From Syntrophales bacterium (GTDB lineage: Bacteria > Desulfobacterota > Syntrophia > Syntrophales > PHBD01), in NCBI GenBank assembly GCA_963668175.1, contig OY764159.1, positions 3,200,001 through 3,264,000 of the forward strand: DNA of 64,000 nucleotides, given 5' to 3'. The position numbers and the translations under genes were made by a program. Shown piece after piece: positions 10,861 to 20,742 of the stretch (the first letter of the stretch is position 1; each line of letters begins with the position of its first letter). The notes under the pieces were generated by a model, which saw only the letters and a program-made list of their open reading frames with translations, ran no database searches and had not been told where the DNA came from.

Positions 10861-10914
10861 ATTTTAAGCATAGCCCTGCCCTTTGTCAAGCAAAAATGTT
10901 GCATTGCAATATTT
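10861..10914 (-). promoter_or_regulatory. Sigma70 promoter plus upstream palindromic operator for the phasin-like gene
   Basis: TTGACA (10889-10884), 17 bp, TAAAAT (10866-10861); palindrome AAATGTTGCA-T-TGCAATATTT at 10894-10914. Confidence 0.7.
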
Positions 10915-11204
10915 ATTTTATTTCTAAGGGATCGAATATTCATTCCGCAACAATTCGTATTCTTTTAATTATTTTTTATACAGAGTCTTAATAAATATGT
11001 AACTGATAAGCAATAGACATGATTTGTCGCGTCGCATCATCGCTTGATCGTCAACGGGATACGGTACGAAGGAAATGGCGTGCAAGGCGGGTTAAAGCGC
11101 CCCGGCAACGCCTTCAGCCTGCGGAGCCGCCAATAAGACTCCGGTGCGGCATCCCGCAAACCCGGATCGTGCGTAAGCCGAGCCAGCAGAATATCTGTAA
11201 TGTC

Positions 11205-11594
11205 TCAGGATGATTTTGCTTTATTGAGGATTTGACGGCTCCGGCGGAAGGGAAGACCGACCGCGACGGTCTTTATCCGTCTAAAGATGGACCCCATCCG
11301 GATACGATCTGTCGGACCTTCGGTCAGGCTGCATCGAAAAGCGGCGTCCTCGACGGCCCAAAGGACAGGCGCTCCGCGCGCGGAGACGGTCCGCGACTCG
11401 CCCTTCTTCAGGATATGATCCCTGCCGCCCGTACCCTCGGTCAGCCAGATTGTCCCGGAAATACAAAAAACGCGGCATCCTGCGGCCGGAACGGCAAGAC
11501 GGACCGTCCGGCGGGCCCCGAGCACCCGGATGTCATCCGGCTGCAAAGGCCCGACGGATATGGCAATGGAGGTATAGTCGGATTTGGCTTTCAT
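11205..11594 (-). CDS. DUF2917-family protein
   Basis: VFCISGTIWLTEG..RDHILKKGE signature; divergent from a MocR regulator. Confidence 0.75.
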   Translation of the reverse strand: MKAKSDYTSIAISVGPLQPDDIRVLGARRTVRLAVPAAGCRVFCISGTIWLTEGTGGRDHILKKGESRTVSARGAPVLWAVEDAAFRCSLTEGPTDRIRMGSIFRRIKTVAVGLPFRRSRQILNKAKSS

Positions 11595-11650
11595 GATGCC
11601 ATCATGCCGAACCCGCCGGGTCCCGCCAAGAGGCAGGAGGGAAAAATTGT

Positions 11651-11730
11651 ACTGTTTACAGTTTTCGATTTTAACAACTGTACCGGTCATGATATAGGGC
11701 AACTGTATCTTTCATCTTTTCGGGACTGTG
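11651..11730. promoter_or_regulatory. Putative MocR operator array
   Basis: ACTGT-TT-ACAGT inverted pair (11651-11662) and AACTGTA direct repeats at 11676 and 11701, GACTGTG at 11724. Confidence 0.6.
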
Positions 11731-11744
11731 TTTATGGTTCTTTC

Positions 11745-13226
11745 ATGAACGAGGAAAAGAAGACACATCTCTACGAGTCCATCGCCGATCAGGTGTCCCA
11801 TCTGATCGCCCGCGGGACTTTTCGCCCCGGGGATCGCATTCCTTCCATCCGCGAGCTGAGCCGGCGGATGTCCGTCAGCATGACGACCGCCGCGACGGCC
11901 TACCGGCTGCTGGAAATCAGGGACGTCATCGAGGCCCGCCCCCAGTCGGGATACTATGTCCTTCCGCTTTCCCTGCACGGAAAAGGAAGAAGCTTGATCG
12001 CCCGGGAAATGCTTCCGGGCCGTGACAGCACGGCCGATCGTACTTCCGATACGGAGCGGCCCGCGGACATCAGCCCCACCGATGTGAGCATGGACAAACT
12101 CGTGACGATGATCCTGGAGGATGCCATGAACACGGATCTGGTGCAGTTGGGCACCACGATCCCCAATCCCGATCTTCTGCCGATAAAAAGAATCAGCCGG
12201 TGCCTGACATCGGCCGTCCGCAGGCGCAATTTCCAGAGCGTCTCCTACAGTTTCCCGGGGCTGGAGGCGCTCCGTATCCAGATTGCGAAGCGCGCCACCG
12301 TCGCCGGCTGCGCCCTGACGCCCGAAGACATCATCATCACCAACGGCTGCCAGGAAGCCGTCTTCCTGGCCCTGACGACCATCTGCAAGGCGGGCGACAA
12401 CGTCCTGATCGAGTCCCCTGCTTTCTTCAACCACCTGCAGGCCATGGAGGCGCTGGGTCTTAAAGTCGTCGAAATCCCGTCTCATCCGCAGCACGGCATC
12501 AGCATCGACACGCTCCGGTATGTCCTTGACAATACCCCCGTCAAGGCATGCCTCCTCGTATCCAATTACAGCAATCCGCTGGGAAGCTGCCTGCCGGACG
12601 ACAAGAAAAAAGAACTCGCAGGACTTCTCGCCGCCCGCGATATCCCGCTTATCGAAGACGACATTTACGGAGACATCTGCTTCTCTTCGCATCGTCCCCG
12701 GGTCGTGAAGGCCTTCGACGAGAAGGGACTCGTCATCCTCTGTTCCTCTTTCTCCAAGACGCTAGCGCCGGGTTTCCGCGTGGGCTGGACGGCGCCGGGC
12801 CGATTCGCGGCCCGCATCTCCTATACGAAAATGATACACAACCTGGCTACGGCGACGCCGCCGCAAATGGCCATTGCCGACTTCCTGGCCGGCGGCGGCT
12901 ACGACCGCTTTCTCCGCAGCATCAGGCGGATTTACGCCCGTCACGTCTTCCTCATGGGCCGCGCCGTCATTGAACAATTCCCCAAGGGCACCATCGTCTC
13001 CCGTCCGGCGGGAGGATTCTTCCTGTGGGTGGAGCTTCCCGGCGGGGCCGATGCCATTCTCCTTTACGAAAAGGCCAGAAAGGCAGGCATTACCATCGCG
13101 CCGGGGCCGATATTCACCGCCCGGCAGAAATTCCGCAACTGCATCCGCCTGAGCGCCTCCGTCTGGAACGAGAAAATCGCTCAAGCGGTCCGGACTCTCG
13201 GCGAACTCGCAAGGGATATGGTTTAA
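11745..13226 (+). CDS. GntR/MocR-family regulator (wHTH + PLP aminotransferase-like domain)
   Basis: LYESIADQ...GDRIPSIREL...ARPQSGYYV; SNPLG, IEDDIY, SFSKTLAPGFRVGW. Confidence 0.93.
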   Translation: MNEEKKTHLYESIADQVSHLIARGTFRPGDRIPSIRELSRRMSVSMTTAATAYRLLEIRDVIEARPQSGYYVLPLSLHGKGRSLIAREMLPGRDSTADRTSDTERPADISPTDVSMDKLVTMILEDAMNTDLVQLGTTIPNPDLLPIKRISRCLTSAVRRRNFQSVSYSFPGLEALRIQIAKRATVAGCALTPEDIIITNGCQEAVFLALTTICKAGDNVLIESPAFFNHLQAMEALGLKVVEIPSHPQHGISIDTLRYVLDNTPVKACLLVSNYSNPLGSCLPDDKKKELAGLLAARDIPLIEDDIYGDICFSSHRPRVVKAFDEKGLVILCSSFSKTLAPGFRVGWTAPGRFAARISYTKMIHNLATATPPQMAIADFLAGGGYDRFLRSIRRIYARHVFLMGRAVIEQFPKGTIVSRPAGGFFLWVELPGGADAILLYEKARKAGITIAPGPIFTARQKFRNCIRLSASVWNEKIAQAVRTLGELARDMV

Positions 13227-13347
13227 TACCCCGCAGCGAATCGCCGCCCCGCAAGAATACGATCCTTTCAGGCGTCATCTCCCGCTACCTCCTGAACGCT
13301 GAAAATACTTGAACATTTTCCCATGCGGTATTTGCCGTTCATAATAC

Positions 13348-13365
13348 TTGACTTAGTCAATGACT
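13348..13365. promoter_or_regulatory. Overlapping palindromes, probable MarR autoregulatory operator
   Basis: TTGACT-T-AGTCAA and AGTCA-A-TGACT just upstream of the MarR start. Confidence 0.5.
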
Positions 13366-13385
13366 TATGCAATTATATTGTCCTT

Positions 13386-13856
13386 ATGACTCGAAAGAAG
13401 GCCCCGGCCCGTCCGGATATCCAGCGGCGTGCGGCCCCCGAACCGTTATTGCTGCGCGAGGTCATGAGGACCCACCAGGTCCTTATGAACGGTTTTTCCC
13501 GCGAAGTCGGCATGCCGGCATCGCGCGTCGCCCTCATGCGCCTTCTGGCTTCCGCGCTGCCGGACGATGTAGGCATCATGGACCTCGCCCGACGGCTGGG
13601 GATCAATGCCGCCGCCGTCACGCGGCAACTACAGGAGATGGAAAGCGAACGGCTCGTCCTGCGCCGCCCGGACGCCCGGGACGGCAGGCGCTGCAATGTC
13701 AAGCTGTCCGCTAAAGGGCTGAAGCTTTTTCAGACGATCCAGAATCGCAGTCACGAGTTGGAACGTTCACTCGCCTCGGCCATCGGTCCCGGCGAGATGA
13801 CAGCCGCCGCCGATGTCCTGGCCAGGCTGCGCCGATTCATCGAGGAACTGCGATAA
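13386..13856 (+). CDS. MarR-family transcriptional regulator
   Basis: DLARRLGINAAAVTRQLQEME...DARDGR...LSAKG. Confidence 0.92.
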   Translation: MTRKKAPARPDIQRRAAPEPLLLREVMRTHQVLMNGFSREVGMPASRVALMRLLASALPDDVGIMDLARRLGINAAAVTRQLQEMESERLVLRRPDARDGRRCNVKLSAKGLKLFQTIQNRSHELERSLASAIGPGEMTAAADVLARLRRFIEELR

Positions 13857-13876
13857 AATAATAAAAGGAGATTGCC

Positions 13877-14221
13877 ATGATAAGAACCAAGAAGAGATTC
13901 GACATGCGGGCATTTGTCACCCTGATGATCGCCTTTTGCGCCCTGGGCCTTCCCGTTACGGGCATTGCCGGCCATATCTGCGGGTTCTCGCCCTGGACCG
14001 CAGCGCGGCAAACCTGGATGGTCGCCCACAGCGCCCTGGGCCTGATCTTCATCGTCTTTTCGATCCGGCATGCCATCATGAATCGGCGCACCTTGTCGAA
14101 CTATATTCAGGGCGTCGCCACCCGGCTTCCATCATTGAGCCGCGAGGCGGCTCTGGCCGGCGCAGCCGTTGCCCTGATCCTCCTGCTCTTCACGGGACAC
14201 GCCATCCACGCAGGCGGGTGA
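13877..14221 (+). CDS. DUF4405-like small membrane protein
   Basis: Three TM segments, W..AH...G...RHAIMN pattern; AGGAG RBS. Confidence 0.7.
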   Translation: MIRTKKRFDMRAFVTLMIAFCALGLPVTGIAGHICGFSPWTAARQTWMVAHSALGLIFIVFSIRHAIMNRRTLSNYIQGVATRLPSLSREAALAGAAVALILLLFTGHAIHAGG

Positions 14222-14293
14222 TCCGGCCTCGGCAGTTTTCACGGGCGGCGGCAGACGCCGTGCGTGGGCCAACAACATTATCTTCCGGCGGTC

Positions 14294-14322
14294 TTGACAA
14301 GCGGAGGCGGGATATTCATAAT
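14294..14322 (+). promoter_or_regulatory. Sigma70 promoter of the class III aminotransferase gene
   Basis: TTGACA, 17 bp, CATAAT. Confidence 0.7.
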
Positions 14323-14379
14323 GGATTGCGGGCTTGCGCCTGTACCGTTTCCGAACCGTTTTAAGATGGAGGTAGAGTT

Positions 14380-15588
14380 ATGAGCACACCGAAGACCATT
14401 CAGACGGAAGACCGTTATTCGCCGCCGTTCTTCAAGAAAATACCCGTATCGATCGAGCGGGGCGCAGGCGTCTATGTCTGGGACGAGGAAGGCAACCGCT
14501 ACCTCGATTTCACGTCGGGCTGGGGCGTCACCTGCCTGGGCCATGCCCATCCGGCGATCACCGCCGCACTCCTGGAACAGGCCGGCAGGATCATGCAGAA
14601 CCCCGATTCGGGGCTGACGTACTCGCCTGTCCGCGCGAGGCTCCTTGAACTCCTGGGGGAGATCATCCCCCCTCCCCTGACAAGGATATTCTTCTCCAGC
14701 AGCGGCGCCGAGGCGAACGACGCCGCCATCAAACTGGCGCGGAAAGTGACCGGACGGCTCGACGTCATCTCCATGGAACAGAGCTTCCACGGCCGGACGA
14801 TCAGCACGGCTTCCGCGACGGGACAAGCCAAGCACCGCGAGAAGTTCAATCCCCTGATGCCCAACTACCGCTTTATCCCCTACAACGATCTCGGGGCCCT
14901 GAAGAAGGCCCTGGACGGCAAGGTGGCGGCCCTGATCACGGAGCCGATCCAGGGAGAGGGCGGCGTTGTCGTCCCGGCGGACGACTACCTCCGGGAGGCC
15001 GGACGCCTGTGCAAGGCCAACGGCACCCTTCTCATCGTCGACGAGATACAGACCGGGTTCTGCCGGACCGGCCCCATGTTCGCCAGCAGCCCTTCCGGGG
15101 CGGAGGCGGACTTCATGACGATGGCGAAAGGCATTGCCGGGGGCTTCCCGTTCGGCGCCTTTGCCATGACGGAGGCCGTGGCCGCTAAACTGGAACAGGG
15201 CGATCATGGGGGAACCTATTGCGGCAACCCCCTCGGCTGCGCCGTGGCCTGCGCGGTCATCCGGCATCTCATCGACAACGACATCCCGTCGTCCGTCGCC
15301 GCGACAGGGGCATTCGCCCTCGGGCGCCTGCGGCAGTGGATGGAGACTTACCCGGAGAGGATCGCCGACGTCCGGGGCAAAGGACTCCTTATGGTGATCG
15401 AGTTCCGGGACGAAAAGACCGCCGCCGACGTGGCCGCCGAATGTCTCGGCCGGCGTCTCTTCGTCAGGCAGACGCAGGGACGGATGATCAGGATTTTCCC
15501 CGCCCTGAACATCAAGCACGAAGAGATGGAGGAGGGACTGCTCCTTCTGGAAGAGGCCGTTTACCATACGATCCGCAAGAGCAGCTGA
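14380..15588 (+). CDS. Class III PLP aminotransferase, acetylornithine aminotransferase (ArgD)-like
   Basis: YLDFTSG, SGAEANDAAIKLAR, SFHGRT, EPIQGEGG, DEIQTGFCRTG, MAKGIAGG, HGGTYCGNP. Confidence 0.9.
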   Translation: MSTPKTIQTEDRYSPPFFKKIPVSIERGAGVYVWDEEGNRYLDFTSGWGVTCLGHAHPAITAALLEQAGRIMQNPDSGLTYSPVRARLLELLGEIIPPPLTRIFFSSSGAEANDAAIKLARKVTGRLDVISMEQSFHGRTISTASATGQAKHREKFNPLMPNYRFIPYNDLGALKKALDGKVAALITEPIQGEGGVVVPADDYLREAGRLCKANGTLLIVDEIQTGFCRTGPMFASSPSGAEADFMTMAKGIAGGFPFGAFAMTEAVAAKLEQGDHGGTYCGNPLGCAVACAVIRHLIDNDIPSSVAATGAFALGRLRQWMETYPERIADVRGKGLLMVIEFRDEKTAADVAAECLGRRLFVRQTQGRMIRIFPALNIKHEEMEEGLLLLEEAVYHTIRKSS

Positions 15589-15849
15589 CGGGCCGGAATA
15601 CTTCCCGACCTGCGGCAAAGCGAACCCAGGGGAGCGGGGAGAAGGGCACCATGCCTGCCGCCCGCCTTGGGTCGTGGAATTTCTGTTCGCCCTTTTCGAG
15701 ACGGGGCGTTTATGCCGTCTATCGCTTCAAGGGCTTTATCCAGAGCCCGGTCGTCCATGAATTCTTTATCATTTCCGCTTAATAGGATTATCTGGTACGC
15801 ACCGGAAACATCACCCGCCGGCCCACTGAAACAGTAATCTGATCCTATT

Positions 15850-15905
15850 ATTTCATTAAAACGTCATCATTCCGTCATAAATCTGTAGCAATTAATTGTC
15901 ATACT
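15850..15905 (+). promoter_or_regulatory. Pho-box-like (PhoB/OmpR family) site and -10 element upstream of the MCP gene
   Basis: 11-bp-phased ATTTCAT/ACGTCAT/CCGTCAT/CTGTAGC, then 10 bp, then CATACT. Confidence 0.55.
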
Positions 15906-16099
15906 ATGTATAACTTAATCGGGCGCCCGCATGTGCGTTTAACGGCCGCCGTCGTCGGTCGGTTGAACCGAATCGGGACAGCAGCGACGCAAACCGGGCG
16001 CGGAAGATCGACACCATGTTGCAGACACGGGAGGGAGCCCTGCGTATAGGAAAGCGGAAAGAGGAAACAGTTGTGAATGTGAACAAGGAAAATGGGAGA

Positions 16100-17932
16100 A
16101 TGATTATGAAGAGGAGATCGCTAGGTTTCAAGTTGGTTCTGGGAGGATTGCTCGTGTCGTTGTTGCCGCTTCTAATCGTCGGGTTGTTCGCCGTCATTCG
16201 ATCCGGAAATGTGCTGGAAAAGATGTCGGCCAGTGAGGAGACGTCCGTGGCCAAGAGCCTGGCATCCATGGCCCAGGTAGCCCTGGAGAATCAGTTGAAG
16301 ACGGTCCAGTCCCTCGCCGCCGAAGAGTCCGTCAGGGCCGCGGCGGAAAAGGCAAGGGGCGGGCAAGAGGAGGCCTTAGAGGCGTTGCAGAGAAGGCTTG
16401 AGCAGGCGCACAAGGCCATGGGCGAGGACTACGATCAGTTTGCCTTCATCAATGCCGACGGCGTGATGACGGCGGACACCCTGCACAAGGGGAAAGGCAC
16501 CAACCTTTCGGATCGCGCGTATTTTAAAGACGCAAAAGCGGGAAAGGCCGCCATCGGTCAGGTCGTCAAATCGAAGGTGACGGGCAACGTGGCCGTTGCG
16601 GCCGTTGCCCCCGTTATGTCGCCGTCCGGCCAGTTCGCGGGCGCCGTTCTCGGGATGATCAAGATGGATTACCTGGCCAGCAAGATTACGGCCGTCAAGA
16701 TGGGAGAGACGGGTTACGCCCTCGCCGTGGATGATAAAGGCGTCGTCGTCGCCCATCCAAAGAAAGACCTCGTGCTTTCCATGGACGCATCCCGTGAGAA
16801 AGGCATGGAACAATTCATCGCCAAGGCCGTGCGGCAGGAAACGGGAATGGAAGCCTACGTCTTCGGCGGCGTGAAAAAATCGGCCGCTTTCGCGCCCGTG
16901 CCCGTCGCCGCATGGTCCGTCATCGTGACGCAGAACGACGACGAACTGTATGCCCCGGCGCGGCAGATGAAATACATTATCATGGTCTTTTCCTTCGTCG
17001 CTGTCGCGGCGACCGTGTTGGCGGTCGTTCTCTTTGTCCGCGGAATCAACCGCCGTCTCAACCGTATCGCCTCCGACCTGAACGAAATGTCCGGCCAGGT
17101 GGCGGCCGCGGCGAGCCAGGTGTCGGCGGCGAGCGTCTCGCTGGCGGAAGGGACCTCCGAGCAGGCGGCAACGCTGGAAACCACATCGGCCGCCATCGAA
17201 GAGATGGCTTCCATGACACGGCGTAACGCCGAAAGCGCCGGCGAGGCCAAAACCCTCATGAACGCCACCCGGGACGCCGTCGAACGGGTGAACGGCCAGA
17301 TGGACGAAATGGCGACGGCCATCGTCGAAGTCACCAGGACGAGCGAAGAAACGGGCAAGATCATCAAAACCATCGACGAGATAGCCTTCCAGACAAATCT
17401 TCTGGCCCTCAACGCCGCCGTGGAGGCCGCCAGGGCCGGGGAGGCGGGGTCCGGATTCGCCGTCGTCGCCGAAGAAGTCCGCAACCTGGCGCAACGGGCT
17501 GCAACCGCGGCAAACACGACGGCCTCGCTTATCGACAACACGATCAAGGTCGTGGCGAAGAGCGCCGTCCTTACGGAACAGACCCATGAGGCCTTCAAGG
17601 ACAACAGGGACATGTCCCTGAAGATCGGCACGCTCATCGACGACATAGCCGTCGCATCGGATGAGCAGGCCCAGGGCATCAACCAGATCAATTCCTCCGT
17701 CCAGGAAATCGACAAGGTGACGCAGCAGGCGGCCGCCAACGCGGAAGAGTCGGCCTCGGCGTCGGAGGAAATGAGCGGCCAGGCGGAAAAACTCAGGGAA
17801 GTCACGGCGGAACTGCACGCCATGATCCGCGGGTCGAGCAACGGAACGGCGGACGCCGTCGGACGCCTGCCCGGTGTCGCATCGATTGCAAAAAAACTGG
17901 ATTGGAAACGTCCGCTGAGGATCGAAGGTTAG
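16100..17932 (+). CDS. Methyl-accepting chemotaxis protein with periplasmic dCache domain
   Basis: Two TM, SDRAYFK and GETGYAL..GVVVAHP Cache motifs, [37 protein letters not shown]. Confidence 0.95.
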   Translation: MIMKRRSLGFKLVLGGLLVSLLPLLIVGLFAVIRSGNVLEKMSASEETSVAKSLASMAQVALENQLKTVQSLAAEESVRAAAEKARGGQEEALEALQRRLEQAHKAMGEDYDQFAFINADGVMTADTLHKGKGTNLSDRAYFKDAKAGKAAIGQVVKSKVTGNVAVAAVAPVMSPSGQFAGAVLGMIKMDYLASKITAVKMGETGYALAVDDKGVVVAHPKKDLVLSMDASREKGMEQFIAKAVRQETGMEAYVFGGVKKSAAFAPVPVAAWSVIVTQNDDELYAPARQMKYIIMVFSFVAVAATVLAVVLFVRGINRRLNRIASDLNEMSGQVAAAASQVSAASVSLAEGTSEQAATLETTSAAIEEMASMTRRNAESAGEAKTLMNATRDAVERVNGQMDEMATAIVEVTRTSEETGKIIKTIDEIAFQTNLLALNAAVEAARAGEAGSGFAVVAEEVRNLAQRAATAANTTASLIDNTIKVVAKSAVLTEQTHEAFKDNRDMSLKIGTLIDDIAVASDEQAQGINQINSSVQEIDKVTQQAAANAEESASASEEMSGQAEKLREVTAELHAMIRGSSNGTADAVGRLPGVASIAKKLDWKRPLRIEG

Positions 17933-18029
17933 CGCTCGTATCGTCCGGGCCGGCCGATTTGCGGGTGCAGCCGTCAGGCGATTGCCCCGGCCCTCTGCCC
18001 GGAGAGCGTGACAAGTCGGAGGGATATTG

Positions 18030-18072
18030 AAAGAAAGGCCCGGCCGTCCTCAGGACGTGCCGGGCCTCTTTT
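18030..18072. terminator. Bidirectional terminator between MCP and SDR genes
   Basis: AAAGAAAGGCCCGGC-CGTCCT-C-AGGACG-T-GCCGGGCCTCTTTT hairpin. Confidence 0.75.
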
Positions 18073-18149
18073 GCCGAGATGTGCGTCGATCGTCCTTCAC
18101 GGCCCGGAAAAACCCGTCCGCCGGAGAAGGATCGCATCCATGGATACGC

Positions 18150-18908
18150 TCACGGATAGTTCTGACCCGTGGGACGGATCATGATCTCATTCACGTTGAC
18201 ATGCTGCGGCAGGCTGAGGAGCCAGACGATGCCGTCCGCGATGGATTGAGGCTCCAGCAGCTTGCCGAAATGGGCAATGCCCTTGCCGAAGTTCTCTTCG
18301 TCGTATCCCGCCACGGCCTGGAATCCGCTGACGACGATGCCGGGCATGACCAGCGAGACCCGTACGCCGCTGGAACAGACTTCCCGGCGAAGTCCCTCCG
18401 CAACCGCCGAGATGGCGAACTTGCTCGAACCGTAGAAATCGCTGAAGGGCGAAATGTTCCTCCCCACGACCGACCCGAGGGCGACGATGTCGCCCGTCTT
18501 CCGGCCGACCAGGTAGCGTCCGGCCATACGCATCAGGTGCGCGGCGCCGAGGACGTTCACATTATACAAGTCACGCCACTGCGCCTCGTCGCTGTCGAGG
18601 ATGCCGCCCGCCAGGCCGCGGCCGGCGTTCACGATGACGATGTCGTATTTTCCCCCGCCCCCGGCCCAGGCCAGGGTCCGTTCCAGAAGCAGGTCGATAT
18701 CGGCCGGAACGGCTGCGTCTCCCGCAACGGCCAGCGCTTTGCCTCCCCGGCCGACGATTTCCGCCGCCAGATCCCCCAGGGGGTCCTTGCGCCGGGCATG
18801 AACGACCACGGCCGCACCCGCCTGCGCCAGGCTCAGGGCAGTGGCCCGCCCTATTCCGGAACTGGCGCCCGTCACAATCGCCGTCTTGCCCGCTAAAAGT
18901 TGATTCAT
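18150..18908 (-). CDS. Short-chain dehydrogenase/reductase (NADP-type)
   Basis: TGASSGIG, NAG, YGSSK, VNVNEIMIRP; AGGAG RBS. Confidence 0.92.
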   Translation of the reverse strand: MNQLLAGKTAIVTGASSGIGRATALSLAQAGAAVVVHARRKDPLGDLAAEIVGRGGKALAVAGDAAVPADIDLLLERTLAWAGGGGKYDIVIVNAGRGLAGGILDSDEAQWRDLYNVNVLGAAHLMRMAGRYLVGRKTGDIVALGSVVGRNISPFSDFYGSSKFAISAVAEGLRREVCSSGVRVSLVMPGIVVSGFQAVAGYDEENFGKGIAHFGKLLEPQSIADGIVWLLSLPQHVNVNEIMIRPTGQNYP

Positions 18909-19413
18909 TTTTTTGTTCTCCTTTCCTATAGATGCCTCTACTCGCAATTACAGATGAATTCCGCGTTCCTGCTTTTCGCATGTATTTTCAGGAACGGTCC
19001 GTCTCGATCGTTCCCAAAGAACGTTTATGCATCGTTACTATTGTAGCCGTCCGGCCTTCCTTCGAGCAAGGAAAATTTAAAACCCATTCTTCCTTGACGT
19101 ATGTGATGAGGCCAATTATGATTTTTTGAAACGAAGATGTTTGCCGGGCAAGCATCGCCCCAAACGCTCAGGCCGATTATGGCCGAGGAAAAGCACCAGC
19201 CCGGCTGCATCCTGAGTCGATTCCGCAGGCGGCCGGCAGACGGAAGTGCCGCGGCATCAAGCTAATGGAGACGGAGAGGCGCAAAAAGGCGGCATTTTGG
19301 CTCCGAATGTGATACAAATCGGGGGACGCAGCGGGTGGCGGATCAGCCGCCGGACCGTCCCGGGTTACACGCAGGATACCGTTTGACGAAGTCGAAACAG
19401 GAAAGGCACCTCC

Positions 19414-20742
19414 ATGACGAACCAGGATCGGCATAATGCATCCCTCGAAATCCCCATCGACGCAGCGTACCTTCCCGTAGCCACGGCGTTCGTTGAAAAC
19501 GCCGCAACGGCCATGGGTCTGGATAAACCCGAGGCCCTGTCGCTGACGCTGGCCACGGAGGAGATCATCACTTATCTGTGCCGCAAATCGGCGGGTGGCC
19601 GGACCATCAGGCTCCAGTGCCGGGGCGGCGTCTATTACGTGGCGGAGGAACTGACCTTTGCCGCCGGAGACTTTGACATGCGGGCCTTCAACCTGACGGC
19701 GCCGGCGTCCTTCGAAGACGAATCCGACGAGGGCGAGATGGGGCTTCTGATCGCCTCCCGCGTCGTGGACGAGGTCGATCTCCATGAGGACAGTACCGGC
19801 ATCCGCCTCGTCCTGAAGAAGGAAAAGGCCTATCCGTCAGCATCCGGTGACGACACCGCAAAAGCGCCGCCCGGCCTTTACGACGTTATCGTGCCCGATC
19901 CGGAGTTGCTGAAATATTTCATCCGCCTTCTGAATGGCGGGGCGGACAAGTCGCATTTGCCGACGGACTTCATATACCCCGGAAAAGTGGCGGACATGGC
20001 GGCCTCAGGCGAATACGGCGCCGCCGTGGCCTGCGACAAGGGCGGTCGCATCGGCGGCGGCATCCTATGGGAAATCGGCACGGGAAAAGCGAAAATGTGC
20101 CAATGCTTCGGCCCTTATGTTTTTGTGGGAGGCGCTGAAAAGGACCTGGCGGAAGCGCTCATGGATTTCTGTATCGGCGCCGTGGCGAAAACCCAGGCCA
20201 TAGGTATCTTCAGCCGTTATCCCGCCCGGAATTTCCCCGTAGATTATTTCGAAATGATCGGCAGCCTCGAACTGCCTATCGGCAGCGGCGGTGCGATGGA
20301 ATCGGTCCCCATCCACTTCCGGCAGCTCGAAGAGGACCTGGGCAGCGTCGCCTGGACCCATCCTGCCCTCGAACCCTTTCTTCAATCGACGTACGAGCGC
20401 CTGAGCTTCGCCCGGGAAACGATCGCCGTCCATGAGGAAGGCGAAACGGCGGCGGCATCCTCCGTGCTGTCCGTCCGGTTCGAACGCACCTCCGGCTACG
20501 CTTCGTTACGGCCCCTTTGGCCCGGCAAGGATATGGCGGAAAACATCGCGGGCCATCTGCGGATACTCCGGGACGAGGGCATTCCTGCGGTCTTCTTCGA
20601 AATGGACATCGGCCGCTCCTGGCAGGTACGCTTTACGCCGGCCCTCCTCGAAAGCGGCTTTACGCCCAGCGTCCTGCTCCCCCACGGCGGCGAGGGGGAC
20701 GTGGTGATTTTCCAGCACCTGCCCGAGGACCGGCGCCCATGA
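19414..20742 (+). CDS. RsbW-like (HATPase_c_2) domain fused to GNAT-like domains
   Basis: LTLATEEIITY and GEMGLLIASRVVDEV resemble anti-sigma kinase boxes; C-terminal half similar to the 27056-28081 protein. Confidence 0.7.
   Translation: MTNQDRHNASLEIPIDAAYLPVATAFVENAATAMGLDKPEALSLTLATEEIITYLCRKSAGGRTIRLQCRGGVYYVAEELTFAAGDFDMRAFNLTAPASFEDESDEGEMGLLIASRVVDEVDLHEDSTGIRLVLKKEKAYPSASGDDTAKAPPGLYDVIVPDPELLKYFIRLLNGGADKSHLPTDFIYPGKVADMAASGEYGAAVACDKGGRIGGGILWEIGTGKAKMCQCFGPYVFVGGAEKDLAEALMDFCIGAVAKTQAIGIFSRYPARNFPVDYFEMIGSLELPIGSGGAMESVPIHFRQLEEDLGSVAWTHPALEPFLQSTYERLSFARETIAVHEEGETAAASSVLSVRFERTSGYASLRPLWPGKDMAENIAGHLRILRDEGIPAVFFEMDIGRSWQVRFTPALLESGFTPSVLLPHGGEGDVVIFQHLPEDRRP

Noticed and set aside
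11232..11744. 171-aa N-terminal extension of the MocR ORF
   Set aside because: It overlaps the antisense DUF2917 gene and operator region; homology begins at ATG 11745.
15960..16070. GACGCAAA upstream of the MCP as a possible c-di-GMP-I riboswitch
   Set aside because: No preceding GGCAAA-stem-GAAA hairpin or second stem could be built.
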